Assembly: GCA_963662465.1 (NCBI GenBank)
Contig: OY759599.1
Location: 192,001 to 256,000 of the forward strand
Length of the DNA: 64,000 bases
Reading direction: 5' to 3'
Source: Desulfatiglandales bacterium
Lineage (GTDB): Bacteria > Desulfobacterota > DSM-4660 > Desulfatiglandales > Desulfatiglandaceae
Shown: in pieces, positions 17,810 through 27,756 of the stretch
Layout of the letters: each line of letters starts with the position of its first letter
Numbering within the stretch: the first letter of the stretch is position 1
Notes under the pieces: model-generated
What the model saw: the letters and a program-made list of their open reading frames with translations, nothing else
The model's database searches: none
What the model was told of the DNA's origin: nothing
Program-made: the position numbers and the translations under genes

Positions 17810-17911
17810 TTATTTGTTCTTCTTCTTTTCCTGTTTGGCCAGCTTCTTTTCCTTCGCGGTTTTTTGTGGTTTTTTCTTCTCGGCTTTTTTGGCGTTTTCT
17901 GACTTGGACAT
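17810..17911 (-). CDS. 33-aa lysine-rich small protein (not in the ORF track)
   Basis: GGGAGG RBS, then ATG: MSKSENAKKAEKKKPQKTAKEKKLAKQEKKKNK*. Confidence 0.7.
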   Translation of the reverse strand: MSKSENAKKAEKKKPQKTAKEKKLAKQEKKKNK

Positions 17912-18218
17912 GCGGCACCCTCCCTTTTATATGCTTATGAATTCATAACAATACCATCTATCTCCGATAAATACAAACAACAAGCTTGATAATCCTGTCA
18001 ATAAGAGCGCGGAACCTTGCGAGGGGAATATGGCATTCATATGGGACTCGATGTGGATGGTGGTTGTTTCGGCCCCGAGGATCCGGGCCTGGAACAGCGG
18101 GGACCCGATCGGAATTGTGAAAGACCGAGTACGGTTTTCCTTGACATGCCGTCACTTTTATTATTCCATCAGTTCCAGTTTTGAACCCATATGCCGCTAA
18201 ACCAACCGAAAGATACTC

Positions 18219-20510
18219 ATGTCGCTGAAATTAAAGGCCGGACTCATTTTCCTCGGGATTTTCATTTTATACTGTGCCACTGACTATGCGCTTCAGAAAT
18301 TCGTCATTTTCCCAAGCTTCATTGAATTGGAACACGCCGAAGCCGGTAAAGACCTGGAACGGGCAATAGCGGCGATAAAGGGGGAAGTTCAACATCTCAA
18401 CACCTTCTGCTGGGATTGGTCCGCATGGGATGACACCTATGAATTCGTTGCAGACCCATCACGCAAATATATCGAAAGCAATCTGACCACGACCACCTTC
18501 ACCGATAACCGCATCAATCTCATCTATTTCGTTAATAGTGTCGGAACCGTTGTCTGGGGTGAAATCCGTGATCTGAAAAGTGAAAAACGGATAAGCCTGA
18601 AGGGTTTTGAAGTGGGTACGCTTAAAGACCGGCATGCCCTTTTTCCTCCGGAAAAGGGCGGCGGGAAACTTTCGGAGAATTCCGTCTCCGGGTTGCTGGC
18701 CACCGAAAAAGGACCCATGCTGGTTGCCTCTCGGCCCATACTCACCAGTGAAAATGAGGGACCTGCTCGGGGAACCCTGATTATGGGTCGGTTTCTGGAT
18801 GACCGTTTGATTGAAAATCTCGTGAACCAGTCCAAGGTCTTTTTTCGAATTCAGCCGGTTCTTGCGGGCTCACTTCCTGGGTTTGAGAAGAAAACGGCCG
18901 CCGGAAAGGACTCGAAATATTCCATCGAACAGCAAGGAAAAGAGCATCTGTGCATTCAGACGCCGTTGCCCGATGTGATCGGCAAAGATAACTTTTTGAT
19001 ATCCGCGGTGGTCCACAGAACGATTTCCCTGAAAGGTTATGAAACAACGCGGTATGCCTTCGTTACGGGTTTTGTTTCCGTGCTGGTGATGCTGATCATG
19101 ATGTTGTTCGTTTTGCAGCGGACCATTCTCAGGCCCATGGTAAGGTTAAAGAATCATGCGCTTGCTGTTGGAAAGACCGGCGATCTTTCGTCCCGCCTCA
19201 AAATGCGACGCCGGGATGAAATCGGCGAACTGGCCGGAGGATTTGACGCCATGTTGGAGAAGCTGGAAGAGCGGACGGAAAAAGTTGCGCGATTGAACCA
19301 GGACATGAAAAAAGACATGGCGAGGCGTATCGAGGCGGAGGCGGCTTTGCGGGAAAGTGAAAAGAAACGCTTCAGGTCAAAAAAAATGGAATCCCTGGGC
19401 CTCATGGCCGGGGGCATTGCCCACGATTTGAACAACATTCTCTCGGGAATCGTCAGTTATCCGGAATTGCTGCTCATGGATTTGCCGAAAGACAGTTCTC
19501 TAAGGAAGCCCATCAACACGATCCGTGAATCCGGTTTGAGAGCAGCGGGTGTGGTGGCGGATTTGTTAACTGTGGCTAGGGGCGTTGCCGCGGATAAGCA
19601 GGTTATGAATTTAAACCGGATAGTTGAAGAATACCTGCATTCGCCTGAACACAAAAAAAATGCCGCGGTGCATTTTTCGGTCCGGTTGAAAGTTGATCTT
19701 GATTCTTCTCCGTTTAATATATGGTGCTCGCCGGTTCATATCAAAAAAATCCTGATGAACCTGGTTTTGAACGCTTTGGAGGCCATTGAAGACCGGGGTA
19801 CCGTGACGATTTCAACGGTAAACCGGTATTTGGATGAGCCGTTAAAGGGATATGCGGAGGTCCGTATTGGCGAGTATGCAGTACTGAGGGTGTCGGATGA
19901 TGGGTCGGGGATCTCTTGTGCGGATCTGGATCGTATTTTCGAACCGTTCTATACCCGAAAAGTAATGGGCCGAAGCGGCACGGGCCTGGGGTTGGCGGTG
20001 GTCTGGAATACGGTTCAGGAACATGATGGATATATTAATGTCCTGAGCAACGAAAAAGGCACCCTGTTTGAGCTTTATTTCCCGATTACCCGAAATCAAC
20101 CGACGATGGCGCAAGAGGAGATTCCACTTAAAGAATATCTGGGTCATGGGGAGAAAATCCTGGTGGTTGACGACGAGGCTCAGCAAAGAGAAATCGCCCG
20201 CGGAATGCTGGTTCGTCTGGGCTACCATGTTGAATCTGTGGCCAGTGGGGAAGAGGCCGTTGAATATGTAAAACACCATGCCGTGGATCTTATGGTTCTG
20301 GATATGTTGATGCCCGAAGGGATCAATGGCCGTGAAACATACGAGCGGATTTTGGCTATTCGTCCCTCCCAGAAGGCGATTATCGCCAGCGGATTTTCTA
20401 AAACAGAGGATGCGAAAGTTACGCAACGGTTGGGCGCGGGAAAGTACCTCCAAAAGCCCTATACCCTTGAAACCATGGGGCTTGCTGTTAAGGGAGAACT
20501 GGATAAATAA
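18219..20510 (+). CDS. membrane hybrid histidine kinase (CHASE4, HAMP, HisKA, HATPase, REC)
   Basis: DWSAWDDTYEF CHASE4 motif, two TM helices, GGIAHDLNNIL and a C-terminal REC. Confidence 0.92.
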   Translation: MSLKLKAGLIFLGIFILYCATDYALQKFVIFPSFIELEHAEAGKDLERAIAAIKGEVQHLNTFCWDWSAWDDTYEFVADPSRKYIESNLTTTTFTDNRINLIYFVNSVGTVVWGEIRDLKSEKRISLKGFEVGTLKDRHALFPPEKGGGKLSENSVSGLLATEKGPMLVASRPILTSENEGPARGTLIMGRFLDDRLIENLVNQSKVFFRIQPVLAGSLPGFEKKTAAGKDSKYSIEQQGKEHLCIQTPLPDVIGKDNFLISAVVHRTISLKGYETTRYAFVTGFVSVLVMLIMMLFVLQRTILRPMVRLKNHALAVGKTGDLSSRLKMRRRDEIGELAGGFDAMLEKLEERTEKVARLNQDMKKDMARRIEAEAALRESEKKRFRSKKMESLGLMAGGIAHDLNNILSGIVSYPELLLMDLPKDSSLRKPINTIRESGLRAAGVVADLLTVARGVAADKQVMNLNRIVEEYLHSPEHKKNAAVHFSVRLKVDLDSSPFNIWCSPVHIKKILMNLVLNALEAIEDRGTVTISTVNRYLDEPLKGYAEVRIGEYAVLRVSDDGSGISCADLDRIFEPFYTRKVMGRSGTGLGLAVVWNTVQEHDGYINVLSNEKGTLFELYFPITRNQPTMAQEEIPLKEYLGHGEKILVVDDEAQQREIARGMLVRLGYHVESVASGEEAVEYVKHHAVDLMVLDMLMPEGINGRETYERILAIRPSQKAIIASGFSKTEDAKVTQRLGAGKYLQKPYTLETMGLAVKGELDK

Positions 20511-20541
20511 GCGGTCTTCCAGGTCCTCACCTGCTACTTAT

Positions 20542-21033
20542 CTATGATTCGCCGCAAAGTCCCGTGAAGATGCGTCTGAGGATCTTCTCATCAATTCGTT
20601 CCATGAGAATATCATCGTAATCCGGTTCATATGTCTCAACTTCCGAATCGCCTGGATGGGTTGATGCCGGGTTTTCCAACGTAAATAGGGGACCGTTGTG
20701 GGAGGGAAGTTCGCATTCGAAGCCCCGGTTGTTTTCAATCCATCGGTCGCAATCGTCATGGCTTCCCACATAGGCGGCAATCAGATGGCCTCCCTGTTTG
20801 ATGCAAACCAGCCGGTATCCGCCTCCCAGATTGTATTTTCGGCAGCCGTTGATCCTGAGTTCACCATGTTTGGTTCGCCGGTTGACGATTTCAACTGTCT
20901 GGTAATCGCCGGAAGCGAATCTTTCAATGATGTCTTCCGCTCGAAGAGCCGCCTGTGAGGCGGTTTTGTCACCCCTGGAGAGGGCATCCAGGGATTTTTT
21001 AAAGCTTGCCTCGCGATGAATGTAAAGGTCCAT
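20542..21033 (-). CDS. hypothetical protein with RelE/ParE-like N-terminal region
   Basis: F.KSL..L N-terminus, CRKYNLGGGYRLV...YVGSHDD, acidic tail; GGAGG upstream. Confidence 0.5.
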   Translation of the reverse strand: MDLYIHREASFKKSLDALSRGDKTASQAALRAEDIIERFASGDYQTVEIVNRRTKHGELRINGCRKYNLGGGYRLVCIKQGGHLIAAYVGSHDDCDRWIENNRGFECELPSHNGPLFTLENPASTHPGDSEVETYEPDYDDILMERIDEKILRRIFTGLCGES

Positions 21034-21067
21034 TTTTGATTGCCTGGCCTCCGGTTTGTTTTCAGTT

Positions 21068-21820
21068 TCAGGATGCCGTTCGGCCGGACAACAGGGCAGC
21101 ACCCAAGGCGCCCATCATCTGCGGATTTTCCGGTATGAGAACTTCCTGGTTTAATGTCTCTTCCAGCAATTGACGCATGCAGGGGTTATTGGCGACCCCG
21201 CCGGCGAATACGATGGGACCGTGTGAGGAGACCCGTTTGATCATTCCCACGGCCCGGCGGACCACGCTGCGATGAAGCCCCAGGGCAATGGCGCGTCTGT
21301 CCTGTCCCCTGGCCACGAGGGAGGTAACTTCCGATTCCGCAAATACGGTGCACATGCTGTTGATGTGCAGGTCTTTATCGGCTTTCAGGGCTTCGGGGCC
21401 GAATTCCGCCAGTTGAAACCCCAGGGTGCGGGCCATGATCTCCAGGAATTTGCCTGTTCCCGCCGCACAGCGGTCATTCATTTCGAATTTTTTGACGGTT
21501 CCATTTCCGTTCATGGCAATGGCCTTGCTGTCCTGTCCCCCGATGTCCAGAATGGTCCCGACTTCCGGGATAAGGGCGCTTACCCCCACCCCGTAAGCTT
21601 TGATTTCAGTTACCGTCGGGGCGTCAAAGGCAATTTCAAAGAGGTTCCGACCGTAGCCTGTGGCCATGATCCTGTCGAACGTAATGTCCTTAAGCACTTC
21701 CCCGACCTGGGCCATGGGGTCGAAACCGGTATCCGTTTGTCTGCGGATCAAAACCTCCCCGTTTTCCACAACCACGACTTCAATGGATCTGGAGCCGATG
21801 TCGATGCCAGCATGCCTCAT
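21068..21820 (-). CDS. ASKHA-type [4Fe-4S] ATPase activator (HgdC/BcrAD family; DCCP reductase-like)
   Basis: GIDIGS, ATGYGR, DIGGQDSK, MNDRCAAGTGKFLE and CTVFAESE motifs. Confidence 0.92.
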   Translation of the reverse strand: MRHAGIDIGSRSIEVVVVENGEVLIRRQTDTGFDPMAQVGEVLKDITFDRIMATGYGRNLFEIAFDAPTVTEIKAYGVGVSALIPEVGTILDIGGQDSKAIAMNGNGTVKKFEMNDRCAAGTGKFLEIMARTLGFQLAEFGPEALKADKDLHINSMCTVFAESEVTSLVARGQDRRAIALGLHRSVVRRAVGMIKRVSSHGPIVFAGGVANNPCMRQLLEETLNQEVLIPENPQMMGALGAALLSGRTAS

Positions 21821-21833
21821 GTAAATCCCCCGG

Positions 21834-23114
21834 TTACGGTTTCACCATTTCAATAAAGGCTTCCACCCGCGTTTTTAGCTGACCCACATCCTCCATGCCG
21901 TAGTCCGTGTCGATGCGCAGGGTAGGGATCCCTTTTGCTTCAAGGGCCTTTTCAACGGGCATGGATTCAGCAATATAGGGCTGGCAGAACTGAAGCCCGT
22001 AATGGATGATGCCGTCCGCTTTATATTCTCGGAACATCTCTTCCACATGGGCTAGCCGATCCGGGTTGGGGGTGAAAATGGCGCAATCGACCTTGAAATG
22101 ACGGTCAACAATGGCTTCCATGAGTTCTTCCATGGTGTTGCCGCCGGCATCCGTCAGATTTCGCGTTCCCCGTTCCCCCACGCAGGACTCCTCCCCCACG
22201 ATTACCGCTCCCGATGTTTCGATGATCCAGGGCAGCTTCCAGTTGGGGACCGCCATGGGGCATCCGGACATAAGGATTCTGGGAGCGCCTTTGGGAAAGG
22301 GGCCTTCCATTTTTTCAATGCGGCGTTCCAGTTCATCACAGATTTTGTTGACGGAATCCGTAAATCGGACCGGATCATCATAGAAAAACACCTGGTTGGC
22401 CAGAAGCGCATCCAGGCCGGAGATAGGGGCCGGATCCGCTTTCCTGAGCAACGCGAGCCTGTGAATGGCTTTCCGTTTGTTGTTGACGATTTCGATGCCT
22501 TTTTTAAGCCTTTTCGCATCGATGGTCACTCCGGTCAGTTTTTCCACCGCCTCCTTGAAGCGGAAATACTCGGCTCGAAGAAGCGCGAGCCCCTCGGAGG
22601 ATTTCGTTTGGGGCAGGTCCATTACATAGAGATTGGGCACCAGATCTTTTAGAATTTCATAGGATTTTTTCTTGCCGTCACAGGTGTTTTCTCCCACAAT
22701 CATGTCCGCTGACTCAAGATAGGGACACACCTTTCCCAACTTGAACCCGAAGGCGGATTTGATCAGGGAACAGGTGTTTCGGGGAAGGATCTTTTCCACG
22801 TCCTCCGTGGCAAAATCAGCACCGGTACACAACCCCACCAGTGTGGCGTCGGCGGCTCGTACGATTTCCTCGGGCACAAAGACGCAGAAAGAACCGATGA
22901 CCTTGCGGTCGGCCGCTTTTTCATCCATCAGTTCCTTGATGCGCAGGCCATGGACTTCGCTGATGACAAAATCGAAATATCCCATGCCTTCCGGACGGTC
23001 TTTCTGGGCCAGATAAATATCCTGGTATCCCTTTCCCAGAACTTCCAGGAGCATATCATGAGCCGCTAGATCAAGGTCCAGGTCCTTCCACATACTTCGG
23101 TATGGTTCACTCAT
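21834..23114 (-). CDS. double-cubane cluster-containing anaerobic reductase (2-hydroxyacyl-CoA dehydratase superfamily)
   Basis: Cys pattern FCVFVPEE, GLC, NTCSLIKS, CPY, ENTCDGKKK, GCP, EESC, CAIFTPN, QFCQPY; adjacent activator gene. Confidence 0.82.
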   Translation of the reverse strand: MSEPYRSMWKDLDLDLAAHDMLLEVLGKGYQDIYLAQKDRPEGMGYFDFVISEVHGLRIKELMDEKAADRKVIGSFCVFVPEEIVRAADATLVGLCTGADFATEDVEKILPRNTCSLIKSAFGFKLGKVCPYLESADMIVGENTCDGKKKSYEILKDLVPNLYVMDLPQTKSSEGLALLRAEYFRFKEAVEKLTGVTIDAKRLKKGIEIVNNKRKAIHRLALLRKADPAPISGLDALLANQVFFYDDPVRFTDSVNKICDELERRIEKMEGPFPKGAPRILMSGCPMAVPNWKLPWIIETSGAVIVGEESCVGERGTRNLTDAGGNTMEELMEAIVDRHFKVDCAIFTPNPDRLAHVEEMFREYKADGIIHYGLQFCQPYIAESMPVEKALEAKGIPTLRIDTDYGMEDVGQLKTRVEAFIEMVKP

Positions 23115-23170
23115 TTGTTATTTTCCCCTTTTCGAAAATTATGATATGTATATTTTTAGAAATCAGGTAG

Positions 23171-23199
23171 AAATTATTCCAGGCAGTCCTATATGTCAA
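23171..23199 (-). promoter_or_regulatory. possible sigma-70 promoter of the double-cubane operon
   Basis: Minus strand TTGACA-N17-TAATTT. Confidence 0.4.
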
Positions 23200-23277
23200 A
23201 CTGGAAAGTCCGATGTTTTATCGGATAAGCGCGGGTGATTCCGATGCTTGATGATCATCAAAGGAGGATTGAAAAAA

Positions 23278-23829
23278 ATGAATGCGCATGTTTGCCCCTG
23301 GTGGCTGGCTTACACCTTTGACCACCGATTGAGGCTTTGGGCTCACAATCCGGAAAAACTGTTCGGAAGATATGTCAAGCCCAACATGACGGCGGTGGAC
23401 CTGGGATGCGGCATGGGGTTCAACACCATGGGCCTGGCTGGGCTGGTGGGGCCTGGTGGTCGTGTGGTGGCGGTGGATATTCAGCGGAAAATGCTGGATG
23501 TGGTCATGAAAAGGGCGAAAAAACAGGGGATGGAAGACCGCATTGACACCCATCTAGCGCATCCTGACGATCTGATGCTGCATGTGAAAGCGGATTTTAT
23601 CCTAGCCTTTTACATGGTACACGAAGTCTGCGATCCGGCGCGATTGATGGCGCAGGTAGCGGAAAATCTGAATGTTGAGGGTCGATTTATAATGATTGAG
23701 CCGCCCTTTCATGTTTCCAGGCGTGGGTTTGACAAAAGTATCGCCGCAGCCCGGGATTCTGGCCTGGTTCTGGAAGATCGGTACAAAATTCGTTTTGGTC
23801 GCACTGCGGTAATGACCAGAAAAACGTAA
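23278..23829 (+). CDS. class I SAM-dependent methyltransferase
   Basis: VDLGCGMG motif I and VAVDIQ; GGAGG RBS. Confidence 0.88.
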   Translation: MNAHVCPWWLAYTFDHRLRLWAHNPEKLFGRYVKPNMTAVDLGCGMGFNTMGLAGLVGPGGRVVAVDIQRKMLDVVMKRAKKQGMEDRIDTHLAHPDDLMLHVKADFILAFYMVHEVCDPARLMAQVAENLNVEGRFIMIEPPFHVSRRGFDKSIAAARDSGLVLEDRYKIRFGRTAVMTRKT

Positions 23830-23899
23830 GGGGTGTTGACCGTAACACCAGCTCCAAAAGAAACCGTTGTTGGAGCTGGTGTTGTTTATCACATCCGAC

Positions 23900-25222
23900 C
23901 TACCACTCCTGATCAAGGTCCACGCCCAGGGCTTCCCACTGGGCTTTTCCCTCAGCATCTCCCTTAGCAATTTCCTCCTCCGTCCACGGCTCCAGGATGA
24001 GAGAATCGGCAATCAGCTCCCAGATGTATTTCACTTCGTAGGGATAATCCGGGTAATATTTGGGAACGCGCTTCATCAGTTGATCATGGCAGTTGGAACA
24101 GGCGGTGAGCATTACGTTGGCGCCGCTGTTTTTGATGCCTTCATATTTTTTCCGGCCCTGAAAGGCCGCTTCATCCTCATAGGGTCCGGGCCACATGCCG
24201 CCCCCCGCGCCACAGCAGAATGCATTGGCTCGATTCGGTTCCATGTCCACAAAATTATCCACGCACTGCTCGATGATCCATCGGGGTTCCTCATAATAGC
24301 CCTTGCCGAAGTGACGCTCCAGTTCCCTGCCGTGCTTACAGGAATCATGCCATGTGAAAATTTTCCCCTCATTTACGCTTTTATCAATTTTAATCCTTCC
24401 CGATTTAATGAGTTCTATCAGGTAGTCATAGAGATAGATATATTCAATCTTATTTTCGGGATTTTCCTCAAGGCACGTTTTCATTCCCACGCGACAACCA
24501 TAGGAGCCGCCACCGCAGTCGGGCATGATCATCCGCTTGATCCGGTGTTCTTTCATAAAGTCGATTTTGCGTTGGGCAAAGGTCTTCATGTATTCGTAAT
24601 TGCCGGTAAAAAGACCCCAATCCACCGATTCCCAGTCTTTGGAAGGAACGGTCCAGTTTTCCCTTGCCGCATAAAATATTTTCCACCACCACTTCATATC
24701 ATCATTGTCGGCAAAGACCTCTTTGGAATTGGGGAAAAAAAGGATGTCCGCGTCATCCTTATCAACGGGCACATAAAATCCGGGGTATTCCTCTTCCGCC
24801 ATTTCCACGCCCATGTCTGACAGCAGGAAAAAATAGTCCTCCTGGGGAATGGCCATATTGTTTCCGGTATTAAAGTTGTTCTCCGCCCCTTTGTGAAGAA
24901 TGCCCGGCACCTCGTCCCTGGGCCGCAAATGCTTCATATGGAGCATGACATAAGGGATATCAATGCCCATTGGGCAGGCAAAGGCGCAACGACCGCAACC
25001 GGTGCATACCCACGGGAATTTGGATTCCACCACTTCATCTACCAGACCTAAGGCCAGCATTCGGATGACTTTTCTCGGATCCCAGCCTTCCATGCCGGGG
25101 GTTCCCGTGACGGGGCAGCCATTGGTGCAGGTGCCGCAGGTAAAACAGGCGTTTAGATCGAATTTTGACAAGTGTGAGGCAATATCTTCCGGTAATCTTC
25201 TGGGTGTGACAATTTCCTGCAT
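23900..25222 (-). CDS. HdrD-like (Fe-S)-binding protein (two 4Fe-4S motifs plus CCG domains)
   Basis: CFTCGTCTNGCP, CTGCGRCAFACP, HDSC, CCGAGGG and ACSNC motifs. Confidence 0.85.
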   Translation of the reverse strand: MQEIVTPRRLPEDIASHLSKFDLNACFTCGTCTNGCPVTGTPGMEGWDPRKVIRMLALGLVDEVVESKFPWVCTGCGRCAFACPMGIDIPYVMLHMKHLRPRDEVPGILHKGAENNFNTGNNMAIPQEDYFFLLSDMGVEMAEEEYPGFYVPVDKDDADILFFPNSKEVFADNDDMKWWWKIFYAARENWTVPSKDWESVDWGLFTGNYEYMKTFAQRKIDFMKEHRIKRMIMPDCGGGSYGCRVGMKTCLEENPENKIEYIYLYDYLIELIKSGRIKIDKSVNEGKIFTWHDSCKHGRELERHFGKGYYEEPRWIIEQCVDNFVDMEPNRANAFCCGAGGGMWPGPYEDEAAFQGRKKYEGIKNSGANVMLTACSNCHDQLMKRVPKYYPDYPYEVKYIWELIADSLILEPWTEEEIAKGDAEGKAQWEALGVDLDQEW

Positions 25223-25329
25223 GGGGGGGTCCTCCATAAATAAATAATTAAAGACATCTCATTTTAATGAAACCGTAAGATGAAAACATGCGAACCGCTT
25301 TTTTAACTGCATTTCATAAAGCTTTGCAG

Positions 25330-25358
25330 AAATTATTTCAAGTATCTCCGTTTGTCAA
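25330..25358 (-). promoter_or_regulatory. possible sigma-70 promoter of the HdrD-like gene
   Basis: Minus strand TTGACA-N17-TAATTT. Confidence 0.4.
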
Positions 25359-25417
25359 GTGGTAAAGCCCGATAGATCATTTGGGGCCTGCCGATTTCGC
25401 CTACCTTAGAGCGTTAT

Positions 25418-27727
25418 TTACCAGCTTCCCGCAGCTCCCAATCCCACCAGGCGAACCGCTACGATAACGGTGGTGTCGCCACTCTCTTTTCCCGCGCCCA
25501 GTCTAACGCCCCAGCATTGTCCCTGGTAGCCCAGCCATCCGGCGCTGGAAATATTTTTTTCCACATCCAGATCCCTTTGAAGGGATCCGCCCAGCGAAAA
25601 CCCATAGCCCAGGTTTATGTTGGTGCGAAAATTGATGTTGGTTTGCCCGTCTTCCTCATATGGGTAGTGTTGATAATTAATTTCGTAGTAGTCGCTTCTG
25701 CCGCCGTATCTTGGAACGGAGAGTTCTCCGGAAAGTGTTGTTCGGGAAAATGTTTTCGCATAGTAATCCCACCCTGTGCTCCCTCTGAGGTCCAGTGATG
25801 GAAAAGGCGTTACGATCAACTCCGCCATCAGGGGGGTGAAGGGTTCGTTTTCACCGGCATCGGTTTCTTCATGAAGATCGTAGCCCTGGTATAGCCGAAA
25901 AGTGGTCCATTGACTGTAGGCGACATTCCCTTTTTTGTCCTCCATTCGTGCATCCAGGAAATTCTCAAGGGAAAATGTCACCCGGTTCCTGCTTTGGTTT
26001 TCCCCATCCTCATCAAAGGTGAGGTACCAGGGTGTTCCATAGTCGTCCTGATCGATGGGACTGAACCAGGGTGTTTCTTCACCGTTGTTGCTATAACCCT
26101 GATAGGTGTAATAAAGGGTTGGGGAAACCTTGTGTCGTAATCTTTTGGCATTGCCCCAGGACACGTCGTAGAATTTTTCGGCGTTGGTTCCCAGCCGGGC
26201 GCCGGCTTCATAAAGTGATTGATGTTGCCGGTTGCCTTCGCCCTGGTTGTTATCCACCCACTGGGATTTGTAGGTATATCGAAAAGAGGGCTCAAATTCC
26301 ACATAGGGGCCGAGCCAGAACGGAAAGTTCACCTGGGGAGAAAGCGCGATTTCATGTCCCCTGTTGGCTTCATCGCTCCAGACATAGTTATAATCCGTTT
26401 CCAGATTAAAAAATGCCGGCCACCCCATGAACTGCTCCGGGAGCAGGTTAAAGTTCAGACCTCCAACGGGTTGCTCCATCAAATCTTTGGTTTCAGGGTC
26501 TTCAACTTGCTGATAATAGGCGGCAATGCCTTGAAGTGCATAGGATTCTCCATCACGGCTGAACCTTAAGGCGGATCTTCGGGTGGGGGAGCGTTTTTCC
26601 TGAAAGGGTCGATTGGATTCATCCTGAAGGCTCGATCGCATGCCAAAACCGTAGAGCTTTTCTTCGAACTCCCTGAGATAGTCCTGATCACTGACAAAAT
26701 CGCCATCAAGGCGGGCGACAACGTCTAAGGGGAGATCCTGATCCGATCGTCCCCTCAGCCAGTATCGGGTTTGATTGGTGCGCGCATAGGGACTGATATT
26801 CAGCGCATCCTGATCATTCATATTCTTCTGTTTTTCCTTGTCTGAAAGGATGTCGAATTCCAGAACGCCTTTTGAATTTTGGCCTTCAACGTATCGAAAT
26901 TCCAGGCCCTGCATGTAGCCCCGTTTGCTCATGTAACGCTGGTAAAAAGTGGCATCGGTCTGGTCGGAAATGGCCCAGTAAAAAGGAACCAGCGCTTCCG
27001 CCCCATTGAGGGTGGAGTAGCCCAGTTTGGGAGGGAGCAGGCCGGTCTGGCGTTTGGTTTTGGCCGGAAAAATCATATAGGGAATGTAGATGATGGGGAG
27101 ATCCTTAACCCGAAAGGCGGAATGCTTTACGGCGCCGTAGCCTTCAATGGTGACTTTGACTTCCGATCCCGTGATAGTCCAGTCGGGATTTTTACCATCG
27201 CAGGTTGTGAGGGTGCAGTCGTTGATCACATAGGTGCTTTCCCCTGTTTTTTGCATTTGGCTGCCGCTGATATAGTAATGGTTCGCCTTTATGAACAGGC
27301 TTCCATCAATTATTTCTCCGGTCTGGCTGTTGAGGTTGAAAGTGCCTTTCTTTCCGGTAATGATGTCGCCGTCCGTTTCAATTCTCAGCCCTCCGGAAAC
27401 GTTGGCAACGCCTGTTTTTGTGTTGAAAACAGCATATTCCGTGTAAAGGGCCTGACGTGCTTTTTTGATAACGACATTTTTTTGTGCCAGGTAGGTTCCT
27501 TCTTTCTCATTATAGCTGAGGCTGTCGGCTGATATTTCCCAAGGCGTATCATCATTTTCAAGGGCCTTTTTTTTGGATGACAGGTCGATTGCCGGACTGT
27601 CCTGAACAAAAAAGGGCGCCATGAAAAAGAGGTTCAGGCATAACGCCAACCCAACTGTAAGGGCCAATGGCGAAATCCCCGCGGGAACAACGTTGCCTTT
27701 TTTTATGATTTTTGAATAAATTTTCAT
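25418..27727 (-). CDS. lptD: LPS assembly protein LptD
   Basis: OstA-like N-domain (EISADSL), LTTCDG.NPDW, RQTGLLPP, beta-barrel C-terminus with QCWG. Confidence 0.9.
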   Translation of the reverse strand: MKIYSKIIKKGNVVPAGISPLALTVGLALCLNLFFMAPFFVQDSPAIDLSSKKKALENDDTPWEISADSLSYNEKEGTYLAQKNVVIKKARQALYTEYAVFNTKTGVANVSGGLRIETDGDIITGKKGTFNLNSQTGEIIDGSLFIKANHYYISGSQMQKTGESTYVINDCTLTTCDGKNPDWTITGSEVKVTIEGYGAVKHSAFRVKDLPIIYIPYMIFPAKTKRQTGLLPPKLGYSTLNGAEALVPFYWAISDQTDATFYQRYMSKRGYMQGLEFRYVEGQNSKGVLEFDILSDKEKQKNMNDQDALNISPYARTNQTRYWLRGRSDQDLPLDVVARLDGDFVSDQDYLREFEEKLYGFGMRSSLQDESNRPFQEKRSPTRRSALRFSRDGESYALQGIAAYYQQVEDPETKDLMEQPVGGLNFNLLPEQFMGWPAFFNLETDYNYVWSDEANRGHEIALSPQVNFPFWLGPYVEFEPSFRYTYKSQWVDNNQGEGNRQHQSLYEAGARLGTNAEKFYDVSWGNAKRLRHKVSPTLYYTYQGYSNNGEETPWFSPIDQDDYGTPWYLTFDEDGENQSRNRVTFSLENFLDARMEDKKGNVAYSQWTTFRLYQGYDLHEETDAGENEPFTPLMAELIVTPFPSLDLRGSTGWDYYAKTFSRTTLSGELSVPRYGGRSDYYEINYQHYPYEEDGQTNINFRTNINLGYGFSLGGSLQRDLDVEKNISSAGWLGYQGQCWGVRLGAGKESGDTTVIVAVRLVGLGAAGSW

Positions 27728-27756
27728 TTCCGGGTTTTGGGTAGATGATCCATCAT

